A DNA stretch of 64,000 nt from Eledone cirrhosa (GCA_964016885.1 OZ024755.1:37138001-37202000), one strand, 5' to 3'. Positions 1 to 13,642 are shown, counted from the first letter of the stretch. Numbers and translations are program-made. The notes: generated from the letters alone by a model not told the origin.

Positions 1-329
1 TCATCCTTACGGGGTCGATAAAATGAAGTACCAGTAATGCACTGGGTAATTGCTGGCCTTGTACCTAAAGTAGAAACAATTATTTATAATAGATTATCCG
101 TCCTAGGTACTAATATGCAGCTTAGCGTTTTAAGTGGTGATGCTATCAAGACAGACCAGTCACGGACAGGCCTCATTATCGTTATTCCCTCTCTTGAGGT
201 ACATATTAATCTACACACATACACACAACCCACTCTCAAGCGTGAAACTAATACTATTATCATTTGTACTGCCTCTCTGTTTTTTGTTCTCTGTTTATTT
301 ATTAAACTATATATATATGTATATATATA

Positions 330-363
<34 letters not shown>

Positions 364-549
364 CATACATACATATATATATGTATACTTAATTATGTAT
401 ATATATATATATAACGAAGGAAATGTGGTAAGGAACCAGATGGACCATAACGCACCAAAGTACTCAATACTTAGGGTAGTAGAGTGGGTAATAGGCACAA
501 GTATGACCCCGACGGCTGAGCTGAAACCGTTTCAACGGCTAATTCTGGA

Positions 550-618
<69 letters not shown>

Positions 619-737
619 ATACTTAATTATGTATATATATATTTCGTTTGAATTATTGGCAACATGATCCTCCAAAGCATAACAATATATATATATATTT
701 GTATAGATATATATGTGCATATATATATATATATATA

Positions 738-830
<93 letters not shown>

Positions 831-854
831 ATGTATGTATTCATATATATGTTC

Positions 855-888
<34 letters not shown>

Positions 889-907
889 GTATGTATTCAT
901 ATATATG

Positions 908-948
<41 letters not shown>

Positions 949-1097
949 ATAATGTATAAGTACATATATATGTATATATATATGTATAGATATGTAAGTT
1001 TGTGTCGACTATTGTGTTACTATTTGTAATTAGTTATATCGCATCAAAAGACAGCAAATCGCCAGATAAGAATGGGTGCACAATATTTCATCTCTAT

Positions 1098-2385
1098 TCG
1101 TGTGTATATACATTTGTATATTTGTGTTGTGTAAATAATATATAGATTGCTGTGAGTGTGTGTGTGTATGTGAGTGTGTCTATGTGAGTGCATGTGAGTG
1201 TGTGTATGTGAGTGTATGTGAGTGTGTGTATGTGTGTGTATGTGAGTGTGTGTGTGTATATACATTTGTATATTTGTGTTGTGTAAATAATATATAGATT
1301 GCTGTGAGTGTGTGTGTGTATGTGAGTGTGTCTATGTGAGTGTATGTGAGTGTGTGTATGTGAGTGTATGTGAGTGTGTGTATGTGTGTGTATGTGAGTG
1401 TGTGTGTGTATATACATTTGTATATTTGTGTTGTGTAAATCATATATAGATTGCTGTGAGTGTGTGTAATGAGTGTATGTATGTGTGTGTATGTGTGTAT
1501 GTGAGTGTGTGTATGTGTGTGAGTGTGTGTATGTGAGTGTATGTGTGTGTATGTGACTGTGAGTGTGTGTAAATACGTTTGTATATTTGTTTTGTGTAAA
1601 TAATATATACATTCCTGTGAGTGTGTGGCTGTGTGTGAGTGTGTATGTGTGTGTATGTGTGTGTATGTGAGTGTGTGGCTGTGTGTGTGAGTGTGTGTAT
1701 GTGTGTATGTGAGTGTGTGTATGTGTGTGTAAGTGTGTGTATGTGAGTGTATGTGAGTGTGTGTATGTGTGTGTATGTGAGTGTGTGTGTATATACATTT
1801 GTATATTTGTGTTGTGTAAATAATATATAGATTGCTGTGTGTGTGACTGTGTGTGTGAGTGTGTGTATGTGTGTGTATGTTACTGTGAGTGTGTGTGTGA
1901 GTGTGTGTATGTGTGTGTATGTGTGTGTATGTGTGTGTATGTGACTATGTGTGTGTGTGAGTGTGTGTGTATATGCGTTTGTATATTTGTGTTGTGTAAA
2001 TAATATATAGATTCCTGTGAGTGTGTGTGAGTGTGTGTATGTGTGTGTATGGCTGTGTGTGTGAGTGTGTGTATGTGTGTGTATGTGAGTGTGTGTGTGA
2101 GTGTGTGTATGTGAGAGTGTGGCTGTGTGTGTGAGTGTGTGTATGTGTGTGTATGTGAGTGTGGCTGTGTGTGAGTGTGTGTATGTGTGTGTATGTGAGT
2201 GTGTGATTGTTTGTGTATGTGCGTGTATGTGTGTGTATGTGAGAGTGTGACTGTGTGTGTGAGTGTGTGTATGTGTGTGTATGTGAGAGTGTGACTTTGT
2301 GTGTATGTGTGTATGCGAGTGTGTGTATGAGACTGTGTGTGTGAGTGTGCATGTGAGTGTATGTGTGTGTATGTGAGTGTGTGTA
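1098..2385. repeat. Compound (GT/GA/AT) satellite with a recurring ~45-bp anchor
   Basis: tatatacatttgtatatttgtgttgtgtaaataatatatagattgctgtg recurs about six times (about 1106, 1257, 1409, 1570, 1790, 1970), separated by TG-rich tracts. Confidence 0.85.
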
Positions 2386-2788
2386 CTCGAGAGTCATTGC
2401 GAGTGGATGTCTTTCCTTAGTCATTAATGCTTAATGGAAATATGGTTTTAGGCTGACGTAATTAGGCTGGCATACAATTAGCGACATCACGAAATTAGTC
2501 AGTCAAAAATATAGATATATCTCGTCACTGATAGCCATTAAGAGGATTTTATGAACGCTTAATATCTTCCACAATTGCCATAATTCTCTATCTATATATG
2601 TATATATGTATATATATAATACAATATGTAGAAAAGATAACACACTAGAGAGAGAGATAATGTGCCATCAATCAAACAGGGAAAAACCACCAGTGCATGG
2701 AATCTATAACCCATGGAAGGTAGAGTAGACACACGATAATTGAAAGTATAAATTAAAGTGTAAATACATACCTCGATAACTATCTAAT

Positions 2789-2871
2789 ACACACGTACAA
2801 ATCCAAAAAGATCTGTTTCGCCAAATAATGTGTTGACAGAAATGATTAGCCCATGGTTCATCAGCGTGTGT
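2789..2871 (-). ncRNA. Type-I hammerhead ribozyme motif in the centre of a fold-back element (about 2618-3063)
   Basis: The minus strand reads acacacg CTGATGA [long stem II incl. gctaatcattt...attatttggc] GAA acagatc-tttttg-gatttgt A cgtgtgt. Stem I is ACACACG/CGTGTGT, stem III is ACAGATC/GATTTGT, and the cleavage triplet is GUA. Confidence 0.8.
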
Positions 2872-2966
2872 AAGGCTATACGTTTCAGACAACACTAAGA
2901 GAATCTAAAGCGACCGTCCAGCCACACGTGGTGGTTTTTCCCTGTTTGACTGATGCCGCACTATCT

Positions 2967-3034
<68 letters not shown>

Positions 3035-3141
3035 GTGTGTTATCTTTTCTACATATTGTATTATAAAGAGCTCGGGATTCCTTCTCCTTTGACCACATTA
3101 CTAACAGGGAATAGCGAGAGTCTATGGCTCCGTTAATTTAT

Positions 3142-3260
<119 letters not shown>

Positions 3261-3630
3261 CCTGTATATATACCTATATATATATCCGGGAGAGATGACC
3301 CTTAGCCTTTGTCAAGGCAGAATTCTAGGAGAAGGAAAACTCTGATATAACACCTGCAACCCTGATGGTATCCAATGATGTTGATTTGTTCTTCTATAAA
3401 AGCTTCACGGCACAGGCATTGCTTTATATCTGGAGAGCTCTCTGCACTTGTTGTCACAGGGTACCATGGGCCCAGCACTACGTGCCAATAATTGTCACAG
3501 GTGTAGTGTTTGTACCAGTGTTTTCAAGTCTCTGGCTGGACTAAAAAGTCACACTCGTTCAGCGCATCGGTAGGGGTTCTCCTACATGGATATAAAGTAG
3601 TGGCCGTACTCGAAAACGAGTTGGCAGCCA

Positions 3631-3712
<82 letters not shown>

Positions 3713-3812
3713 AGAGAGAGAGAGAGAGAGAAAGTGTGTGTGTTTGAGTGTGAGAAAGATATATATATAAACGATATATTAACAAATGGAAACTATATTT
3801 ATAAAACCATAT

Positions 3813-3880
3813 TTATTTCATTATACATATTTCAAGGACACCAAGTCAAATTATGGTGCACTTTCATCAGATAAAATATA
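3813..3880 (-). ncRNA. Minimal hammerhead ribozyme motif
   Basis: The minus strand reads tattttat CTGATGA aagtgcacca...tggtgtcctt GAAA tatg TA taatgaaata. Same family as 41146 and 49744. Confidence 0.65.
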
Positions 3881-4014
3881 ATATAGATCAGCTTTATAAA
3901 TAAATATTGACATACCCTTAAAGAATGAGTATTTTTACTCCAATAATTTGTTGAGTGCTTTATATCAGTTATAAAAATATTTGCTTGTTGTATCCCAGCA
4001 ATTTAAATAGAACT

Positions 4015-4125
<111 letters not shown>

Positions 4126-4436
4126 TGTGTGTGTTTGTGTGTGAGAAATAGATATATAATTATATATATATAGAGAGAGAAATAGTTATACTGTCATGTA
4201 TCAATATCACATCCTCCGATAATTAGCGGATGGGTGAATGTTTCTAAATGCAATAGTGTTATTACGTTTGTGTCCTAAACGCCATTTTTATTTCATGTAT
4301 TACCATAAGCAAATTAGTCTGCCTTCCTCTTTCTTTGTTTTGATGCAATACGCAATGATAATATGTGTGAAACTTAATGGCCATTATGTCGATTTAATTG
4401 AAAACACTTGGGCCAGCCCACAATCAGACACATAAG

Positions 4437-4515
<79 letters not shown>

Positions 4516-4735
4516 ATACAATAACAGAGATAGTTTAAAGCTAAACTCTGACTGGCAACCATCTCACTCAACAAACATTAGGTTATATTTTAATATAAAC
4601 CCAATTTAAGTGTTTAGGGTGCTAACAATATGTATTATGTGGAAAAGCCAGTTGTATTATTTTATGAGATATAATTAAAGTTAAAATACATCTCTCTTTC
4701 CAAACAATTGTTTCATTATATATATATTAATATAA

Positions 4736-4925
4736 GGGCGGTGGATTGGCAGTATCGGTAGAGGGTCGGACGCCATGCTTTCCAGCATAGTTACGTCCCT
4801 TTACGATCTGAGTTCAAATCCCGCTGAGGTTGACTTTGCCTTTCATCCTTACGGGGTCGATAAAATAAAGTACCAGTAATGCACTGGGTAATTGCTGGCC
4901 TTGTGCCAAAAGTAGAAACAATTAT
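4736..4925 (+). mobile_element. tRNA-derived SINE (representative of the most abundant family, more than 25 full or partial copies)
   Basis: A-box-like TGGCAGTATCGG and B-box GAGTTCAAATCC; conserved core GCCTTTCATCCTTACGGGGTCGATAAAATAAAGTACCAG (resembles the Meta-SINE domain, from memory); tail TTGTGCCAAAAGTAGAAAC(ATT)n. Other copies lie at about 1, 8560, 11568, 11830, 13140, 16536, 18367, 21335, 22210, 23777, 36982, 38660, 55507 and 62230. Confidence 0.85.
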
Positions 4926-5125
4926 ATATATATTAATAAAAGGAATTCCAACTTTGTCTGATTTTCTCGTTTTATTTACAATCCTTTAACATTTATAATG
5001 GTATTAGAATGAAATAGTATGGTAGAATATTAAATGTTAAGTGTTAATTGAACAAGTACTTTCATGCTTTCGCAATCTTCAGGTTCATATTGTGTGGTGA
5101 CAGTCAAGTTTGCAATTTTCAACTG

Positions 5126-5214
<89 letters not shown>

Positions 5215-5284
5215 TAAGTATTTCCGTAGAAAAGATAAAGGAAAGAAGAGTGCTCAATGTATAATACAGAGCTATTTAATTATG

Positions 5285-5485
5285 TAATAACCAATACAAT
5301 ATAATTATTCCATTACCAAAGGTTTCAGGAAACTAGACGATCCCTAAACAAACCTCCAGTCTGTTCATCAGGTGAAATAGTTAAAATCTATTTCACCAGA
5401 TGAACAGGCCCGACGTTTCTGTAAAGATCGTCTTGTCTCCTGAAACCTTTGGTAATGGAATAATTATATTGTGTTGGTTATTATG
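5285..5485. mobile_element. Fold-back element with hammerhead motif (intact CTGATGA on the minus strand at 5365-5371; plus arm has CAGATGA)
   Basis: Inverted arms aataaccaatacaatataattattccattaccaaaggtttcagg / cctgaaacctttggtaatggaataattatattgtgttggttatt. Stem III is GAAACC-TTT-GGTA. Related to the element at 50690-50940. Confidence 0.65.
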
Positions 5486-5499
5486 TAATTTATGTATAT

Positions 5500-6260
5500 A
5501 TAGAAAAGAAATAGGATTTCGCTTCAAGCATAGCTTTATACAACATGTATAAATATTTCGTATCTCCAAGGAAATACGGTTTTAGGAAGCCGTAGCTATG
5601 CAAACACCGAGGGGCTAACGCCCCCTGGTGATGTCCAACAGAAGCAAGGGGGACACCCGTCTATGCATTTCAGGCTTAACAGACGTTCGTCAGGACGGTC
5701 CCTCCCACCGCTTGCGACTGCTGGACTGGAAGACAGCCGAGAATATATACTTTTCTCGTCTGTGTAAATGAGGTGATTAATCTCATTTACATATGAAGCT
5801 GCATATGAAGTCTGAAATGCATAGACCGTTTTCCCCCTTGCTTCTGCTGGACATCACCAGAGGGTGTTAGCCCCCCGGTGTTTGCATAGCTACGGCTTCC
5901 TTAAACTGTATTTCCTTGGAGATACGAAATATTTATACATATTGTATAAAGCTATGCTTGAAGCGAAATCCTATTTCTTTTTTATTATAAGTTGAGCCAA
6001 CTTATGCAGCTTCATATGCAAATGAGATTAATCACCTCATTTACACAGACGAGAAAAGTATATATTCTCGCCTGTCTTCTAGTCAAGCAGTCGCAAGCGG
6101 TGGGAGGGACCGTCCTGACGAAGGCCTGAAATGCATAGACGGTTGTCCCCCTTGCCTCTGCTGGACATCACCAAAGGGCGTTATCCCTCCGGTGTTTGCA
6201 TAGCTCCGGCTTCCTTAAACTGTATTTCCTTGGAGATACGAAATATTTATACATAATGTA
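5500..6260. mobile_element. Rearranged fold-back element in a (TA)n tract, with hammerhead motifs
   Basis: 5502-5675 is inverted at about 5810-5982, and 5560-5800 is inverted again at about 6005-6255. Hammerhead motifs lie on the minus strand (5657-5699) and plus strand (6109-6143). Confidence 0.75.
6109..6143 (+). ncRNA. Minimal type-I hammerhead ribozyme motif
   Basis: accgtc CTGACGA aggcct GAAA tgca TA gacggt: 6-bp stem I, canonical core and a palindromic ATGCAT stem III, as in the dimer-acting hammerheads of Penelope-like elements. Confidence 0.8.
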
Positions 6261-6321
6261 TATATATATATTTCCTTTGCTTTTCCTTTGGAATTACCTA
6301 ACACACACACATATATATATA

Positions 6322-6500
6322 TACGAGGGTAAGTCAAGTATTATCTGCTTTTTCGCCATAACAAATATTCAGCTTTGTTCCACTGCCTTCTGCTCCTGCG
6401 AGCTTATAGTTGGTCGTCTAGTGGTCACGCAATCAAAATTTGAGCTTGATTGCACCAGTTTTCTTGCTGCTGTTACAGTGTAAACATGGTCAATTTCGTT
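6322..6500 (+). mobile_element. Probable mariner left-end remnant
   Basis: TA-CGAGGGTAAGTCAAGTATTATC start and aaaatttgagcttgat subterminal motif; no partner TIR seen. Confidence 0.4.
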
Positions 6501-7475
6501 TGAGATTTGGTGAATATTGACCAAACCATACAAATAGATTTCAGTTTTTGACTAATACTTAGTTTATCTTGCATTACGATCCCTTGACCGACAAAAAAAC
6601 AAAACAAAAACAGAAACAAAACAAATTAAACATAATGAGTTTTAAACAACGTAAAAGAACAGAATAAAATACACCACCGAGTTTTCTTTGATGATCTACC
6701 GATTATACTATTCCAATACTTCTGTTGTGTCCTCTTTATAATTATTGATTAGTGCTTTCACTAGAATCCAGTACAAATAATGATTCAGTATTATAAGTTG
6801 AAATAAGTCTTATTAGATACAAAAGAACCGAAGAAAACCTGTAAGGAACAATCATAGAATTTACCATAATTTCTTGCATTCAACAATTTACTGAATACTA
6901 TTTAAGTTGATAAATACATCTTATTTTTCTCTATAATGTTCACGAAGGAAAACAAAATTATATTGAAAATATTTATTGTCTTGTTGAATTTTTCTATGGC
7001 TGTATATTTTTGTTAATCATTTTTTTTTTTGTAATTTTTATTTCCTTTATTTTCTCACACGTTTCTTTGTATTTTTTCACCAATCCCCGTTATTTCTGGC
7101 GAAATAAAGTGGGTTTTATTATTGAAAAGTAAACAAAAAACAACAACCATCACATTCTGTATAAATATTCGTTCAGTTTTATTTATGGTAAATCCTTCAA
7201 AAACAACGACAACCTGACTATAAATTTAGACAGAAAACACCAGATCAAAAAATAACTGTATCACACCGACTATACCTACTCTCTCTCTCACACACACATA
7301 CACACACACAAACGCACACGTCCACACACATACACACAGACACACACACGCACACACACACATATATATATATAAAGATTGTCCCTAAAAATGTACACAC
7401 AACGGAGCATGTACAGTAATGAAAGTGTGTTAACTTCTTTGTGGGACAGCCTGTATATATATGTACATTTTTAAC

Positions 7476-7516
<41 letters not shown>

Positions 7517-7623
7517 TATACATATATATACATATATATATACATATATATATACATATATATATATATACATATATATATGTATATATATGTGTATATA
7601 CAGGGTGTGTATATATATATATA

Positions 7624-8035
7624 TAGGAAAAAGTATGACCCCGACGGGAGAGCTCTAGCCGTTTCGACAGCTATTTCTGGACTAAATTAGAATTTTTAGC
7701 CCGGTGAATAAATAGCCGAACTTGTCAAGGGGGTACTTCCTTATATGGGAAGATTGTAGTTGTCAAGAGGATTGGTTGAAATTTGTTGTAAACACAAATA
7801 AGTCTATCATAACAACTACAATCTTCCCATATAAGGAAGTATCCCGTTGACAAGTTCGGCTATTTATTCACTAGGATAAAAATTCTAATTTAATCCAGAA
7901 AAGAAATAGCCATCGAAACGACTAGAGCTCTGCCGTCGGGGTCATACTTTTTCCTATTTCCCACTCTACTACCCTAAGTATTGAGTACTCTGGTGCGTAA
8001 TGGTCCATCTGGTTCTTTACCACAATTCCTTTGGT
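7624..8035. mobile_element. Longest copy of the abundant (TA)n-embedded fold-back family; U3-A8 hammerhead on + at about 7836-7950
   Basis: About 7624-7765 is inverted against 7813-7957. The + arm reads gaagtatcccg TTGACAA gttcggctattt...aaatagccatc GAAAC gactagagctctgcc GTC ggggtcatacttt. Shorter copies lie at about 412, 17795, 21035, 25925, 26508, 42580, 50955, 53182, 54962 and 59722. Confidence 0.75.
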
Positions 8036-8135
8036 ATATATATACGTCAATACTCATCTTTTTCCATTTATCTGAGGGTTCTAAACCCCGTTATCAAGCT
8101 AAAATTCCTTTAGTTAAAAATACGGTGAAAGCTAT

Positions 8136-8213
<78 letters not shown>

Positions 8214-8794
8214 ATATATACAATCAGCATAAAATATTGCTTCCATCGCGGTCAGATATTTCAATTTGTTTGTTTACACAAAAAATGATCTTATCGCAAC
8301 AGATTGCATGTGAAATTATGGAAAAGAAAACTCTACCACTGCATTCAGTGAAGCTACATCCACACATAAATATATATGATTATACACCTCTCTTTCTCTC
8401 TCTCTCTATATATATATATATATTTATGTGTGGATGTAGCATCACTGAATGCAGTGGTAGAGTTTTCTTTTCCATAATTTCATATGCGATCTGTTGCGAT
8501 TAATTGCTGGCCTGTGCCAAAAGTAGAAACAATTATTATTATATATATATAATAATAATAATTGTTTCTACTTTTGGCACAAGGCCAGCAATTAATCCAG
8601 TGTATTACTGGTACCTTTTTTTATCGACCCCGTAAGGATGAAAGTTAAAGCTAACCTCCGCTTGATTTGAACTCAGACAATAAAGGGCCGTAAATCTTTG
8701 CTGGAAAGCATGGCGTCCGACCTTCTACCGATACTGCCAATCCACCATATATATATATATATAGATATATATAGATATATAGAGATAGATAGAT

Positions 8795-9330
8795 AGATAT
8801 AGATAGGTAAATATACACGGGTGTGTATGATTGTGTATAGAAGATTATATTAATAAGAGGAATTCCAACTTTGTCTGATTTACTCGTTTTATTTACAATC
8901 CTTTAAAATATATATAATATGGTATTATAATGAAATAGTATGATAGAATATTAAATTCTAAGTACTTTCATGCTTTCGCAATCTTCAGGTTCATGATATG
9001 TGGTGACAGTCGAGTTTGCAATTTTCAACTGTTGAAAATTGCAAACTCGAAAATTGCAATTTTCAACAGTTGAAAATTGTAAACTCGACTGTCACCACAT
9101 ATTATGAACCTGAAGATTGCGAAAGCATGAAAGTACTTGTTCAATTAACACCTAGAATTTAATATTCTATCATACTATTTCATTATAATACCATATTATA
9201 TATATTTTAAAGGATTGTAAATAAAACGAGTAAATCAGACAAAGTTGGAATTCCTCTTATTAATATAATCTTCTATACACAATCATACACACCCGTGTAT
9301 ATTTACCTATCTATATCTATCTATCTATCT
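8795..9330. mobile_element. Near-perfect fold-back with ~250-bp arms in a (TA)/(GATA) tract
   Basis: 8795-9040 is the reverse complement of 9060-9330. A further partial copy lies at 4932-5125. Confidence 0.85.
9105..9143 (+). ncRNA. Minimal type-I hammerhead ribozyme motif
   Basis: tgaac CTGAAGA ttgc-gaaa-gcat GAAA gtac TT gttca: stem I TGAAC/GTTCA, tetraloop stem II and a palindromic AGTACT stem III. An intact minus-strand copy lies at 5049-5087. Confidence 0.8.
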
Positions 9331-9395
9331 ATCTATCTCTCTCTCTCTATATATATATATCTATATATATATCTATATCTATATATATATATATA

Positions 9396-9600
9396 TGTAC
9401 ATGGATGAATACAATAAATGTAATCTGAGTTTTTCGAATATTAATAATATTCGATTCGTTTGCAATTATGCAAACAGCTTCTTTTATAAGCCTCTACTCA
9501 CATGGCTTATAAAAGAAGCTGTTTGCATAATTACAAACGAATCGAATATTATTAATATTCGAAAAACTCAGATTACATTTATTGTATTCATCCATGTATA
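9396..9600. repeat. Palindrome with ~95-bp arms next to a (TA)n tract
   Basis: tacatggatgaatac...cttttataagcc [tctactcacat] ggcttataaaag...gtattcatccatgta. No hammerhead core recognised. Confidence 0.85.
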
Positions 9601-9602
9601 CT

Positions 9603-9750
9603 AGAAGAGGAAGACCAAGGTTAACGTATGTTGATGCCCTAAGGACAGACACTGGTCTGTTGGAGACGTAGGATAAGGCAGCGATAATGAGGGACAGAGA
9701 CCGCTGGAAAGAACTCGTCAATAGATCTCGGGAATTTTACCCGCCTTAGA
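9603..9750 (+). mobile_element. RTE-like LINE extreme 3' end (second copy about 26320-26500)
   Basis: RRGRPRLTYVDALRTDTGL...MRDRDRWKELV. Confidence 0.65.
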
Positions 9751-9867
9751 TATATATATATATATATATAGTGGTGGAACACTGGAAGGTAATATCCGTA
9801 GTGGTAGAGCACTCAGTCCATGGGACGAGTTAGGTAGAAGTGGTTACACAACAGTTAGTTCACCATA

Positions 9868-9907
9868 CCGAGAACAATTGTTTCACCATCGCGGATCTTC
9901 AGTTCGG
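9868..9907 (-). ncRNA. Hammerhead-like motif
   Basis: The minus strand reads cccgaa CTGAAGA tccgcgatggt GAAAC aatt GTT ctcgg; stem I is imperfect. Confidence 0.5.
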
Positions 9908-10088
9908 GATGTATGCACCCCCTCTCTCTCTCTTTATATATATATATATATAAGTAAAAATGTAGTCATCTTTTCTTCATTCCCCAACTCTTACTGCTTC
10001 AAACTTATTTTTCACTAGAATAATGTATCTTATTAAAAGTGAGATAAATTTGAAACAGAATTGTAATGTGTATATATTACACACACAT

Positions 10089-10141
<53 letters not shown>

Positions 10142-10179
10142 CATACATATGTATGGAAAGACATAGATATGTAATTATT

Positions 10180-10267
<88 letters not shown>

Positions 10268-12189
10268 CATACACATGTATGGAAAGACATAGATATGTAA
10301 TTATTCACGCACACACAAACACATATATATATATATATGTGTATTTGTTTCAATTTATCTCAGATTTAAACGTTTGTACGTGTCTGATCATAGATTTGTG
10401 TACGTATGTGAAAAGGTTACATTAAACTAACAGAATTTGTAATTATAAAACCGATAGTTGTGTAAATAAATATTATAGGAAAACAATGGAACATAAAATG
10501 TAATCAATTGTCATTGAATATGTTTGTATAACTTACATAGAGGTCCTAACAAATGTAAGCAACAAGAATGGTAGTGCTGTGAATTTAATGCTTTTTGCCT
10601 TGTAAGTACGAGGAAGAATTGTTTGTTACCGTATTTAACACTAGTTTTATCAGTTCCGAGGCCATAATACCGAAGGACTGAGGACGATAAACAGATCGCT
10701 CTGATACAGATATATTTTTCATCTGTATAGCTTATCTTCTGCTTGTATCATGATACGGGATATTCGGTTCAATGCATAATCAAATTATGTACACCAGTCA
10801 CTGATTTATTATTTTTTTTGGTGGGGTGTGTGCGTTGCATTTGATCAGCTCCCCCAGTCGCAATCTGCCACCCTTGATCAATATTTATCACCCATTAAAA
10901 CTTTCATTCTATGTAAAAATGTCATGTAAATACAATTTAATATTAAAAAAAAAAAAAAAAATTAGATTTAGAAGAAAGAATGGAATTTGACATAAGAAAA
11001 TATCAAAATAAAAAAGAGAAAAGGAAGGGAAAAGCAAGGGCCCTTGTATCTACATTATCCACTATGTCTTTTAATTTGATTGTGACTGTAGTACCCTATT
11101 TGAGGGACATTTAAGTTGCTCTAGTTCACTCAGCTGTAGAAATGAGTTGTGACATCACTGGTACCACGCTGTATTGGTCATTGGAGATCATCGGTGGCGT
11201 GGAGAGGGGAGACTGGTATACATGGGTGACTACTGGTCTTCCACAAACATTGCCCGGATTTGTGCCTCAGCGGGGAACTTTCTAGGTGTAAATCCCATGG
11301 TCATTTCCGACCGAAGGGGCTCTTTACTTTTACCCTATGTTGTCTCTGATATACAAACATATATGTTGTCCACGCCAGGAAGGCCTTTGATCCTAGGTCT
11401 ATTTTTTCAATACTGACGTGTATCTGATTACACAAACATTAACAATTGCAATAACACTAGCATATATATTAGGGTTGCAGCTATCAGGATACTTGTTACT
11501 GCTAATGTTAGTGTTTGATAGTCTTGTTGCTATATATAACTATATAGTAACGTTTGCTTCACTCAATAATTGTTTCTACTTTTGGCACAAGGCCAGCAAT
11601 TACCCAGAGCATTACTGGTACTTTATTTTATCGACCCCGTAAGGATGAAAGGCAAAGTTAACCTCGGCGGGATTTGAACTCAGAATGGCAAGGGCCGTAA
11701 CTCTATATGTCAAAGCATGGCATCCGACTCTCTACCGATACTGCCAATCCAACTCAATAATCTCACTTATGGGGCTATCTGTATTTCACTCGTTGCTTTG
11801 GTTCGTTGTTTTTATCAATAATTCGTAAATAATTGTTTCTACTTTTGGCACAAGGCCAACAATTATCCCAGTGTATTACTGGTACTTTATTTTATCGACC
11901 CCGTAAGGATGAAAGGCAAAGTTAACCTCGGTGGGATTGAAATCAGAACGTAAAGGACCGTAACTCCATGTTGCAAAGCATGGGGTCTGATGTTCTACCG
12001 ATTCTTCCAATCCACCACCATATTGATAATTAATAACATCCAAACTGGCCGATAATTAATTGTTTCTACTTTAGGCACAAGGCCAGCAATTACCCAGTGC
12101 ATTACTGGTACTTTATAAGGCAAAGTCAATAACATCCAATCTGGCCGATAATTAATAACATCCAATATGGCCGATAATTAATAACATCT

Positions 12190-12460
12190 AATCTGGCCGA
12201 GTTTACACTCGCAAATAAGAAGAACCAGCACAACCCCTAGGAGCATTGGATTTGGTGTACTTCATATTTGTTTCAGTTGCTGAATACAATCAGGGGTCAC
12301 TGCTTCTCCTGAAGGTCAATAGTTCTCTTCTAACTCAAGCGGGAGCGCCTTTCCATTGTCAATTTGCATTGATCATCTGCAAAGCCACATTGTTCTCAGA
12401 ACCACTACACCAGTCTTTTGATGTGTGTAGCTGGAACTACTGCCACCCATTGATTTGGCA
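12190..12460. repeat. Unclassified interspersed repeat (inverted copy about 34090-34366)
   Basis: ~270 bp of high identity between the two loci; no recognisable protein motif. Confidence 0.7.
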
Positions 12461-13399
12461 GAATTTGTTCTTTTAGATGGCCGTTGACTCTTATGAGTTC
12501 TTCCGCCCTTTGTCAGGTTTTGTTTTTTGTCCTGCAGGGTGTCCAAAATCACCCTCCTCACCAAGTAAGATTGATGGGGTTGCCGGTTTAGTCACCGACG
12601 ATCCGACCATGTGACAGGTTGTACTGGGTTACATGTTACCTGTAGCACTCAAGAGTGACCTGACATAAATTAATAACAACATATTGTAAAAGTATTGATT
12701 GTATCGCCTGTTTCTATGTATTTAAAAACTATTTAGATAATTTAATGTGGTTTTCTATTCTTAACGGTGAATTGATTTCTTCTTTCTTTTGATTGTGACT
12801 GTAATACCGTATTTGAGGGATATTTGCCTGCTGTTTCATGCAAATCGACTGACCATATACATGCTTTATTTTTAACACTTGTGTTCTAGTGTCAATCACG
12901 TGTTTATCGTGTTATAAATGAGAGTTATGTCCACCCTGGTGTGTATGGAATCTTTCTCAGAAATCTCATCTAACGCCATTAAATTGATCAGAATTCTTCA
13001 TATTTCTACCATTAGCTATTTTTCCTCGAAGCTCTGGATTAAATCAGAACGTAAAGGGTCGTAACTCCACGCTGCAAAGCATGTTGTCTGACTCTCTACC
13101 GATACTGCCAAATCAGCGTCATATTGATAATTATTGATTTCTACTATAGGCACAAGGCCAGTAATTTGGGGAGGGGGAGGGGGGGGGGATCGACTAAATC
13201 GATCCCAGTACTGGTACTTTATTTTATCGACCCTGTAAGGATGAAAGGCAAAGTTAACCTTGGCGGGATTGAAATCATATCATAAAGGGCCGTAACTCTA
13301 TGCCGCAAAGCATGGCGTCCGACCCTCTACCGATACTGACAATCCACCACCATATTGATAATTGATAACCACATATTATAAAAGTAATGATTGTATCGC

Positions 13400-13573
13400 C
13401 TGTTTTAATGTATTTAAAAACTGTTTTATTGTATTTAAAAACTGTTTTATTGTATTTAAAAACTGTTTTATTGTATTTAAAAACTGTTTTATTGTATTTA
13501 AAAACTGTTTTATTGCATTTAAAAACTGTTTTATTGTATTTAAAAACTGTTTTATTGTATTTAAAAACTGTTT
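13400..13573 (+). repeat. 21-bp minisatellite (8 units plus a partial unit)
   Basis: ctgttttattgtatttaaaaa at 13400, 13421, ... 13547. Confidence 0.95.
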
Positions 13574-13604
13574 AGATAATTTAATTAGGTTTTCTATTGT
13601 TAAC

Positions 13605-13630
13605 CGTTATTTCTTCTCTCTTTATTTCAG
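13605..13630 (+). promoter_or_regulatory. 3' splice acceptor upstream of the neuropeptide coding exon (implies an unlocated 5' UTR exon)
   Basis: ttatttcttctctctttatttcag directly precedes atatttcgcaacATG. Confidence 0.75.
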
Positions 13631-13642
13631 ATATTTCGCAAC

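Noticed and set aside
37-2424. Long YI/HT/CV-rich ORFs here and throughout the ORF track
   Set aside because: They are translations of (TA)n, (CA)n and (TG)n microsatellites, which lack stop codons; no coding signal.
4736-4830. tRNA genes
   Set aside because: The A and B boxes belong to SINE heads, with over-long spacing and no intact cloverleaf.
6540-7270. Promoter or 5' UTR exon of the neuropeptide gene (TATAAA near 7160 and 7218)
   Set aside because: Unique AT-rich DNA, but TATA-like words are expected by chance and I could not place a convincing initiator and donor; needs transcript data.
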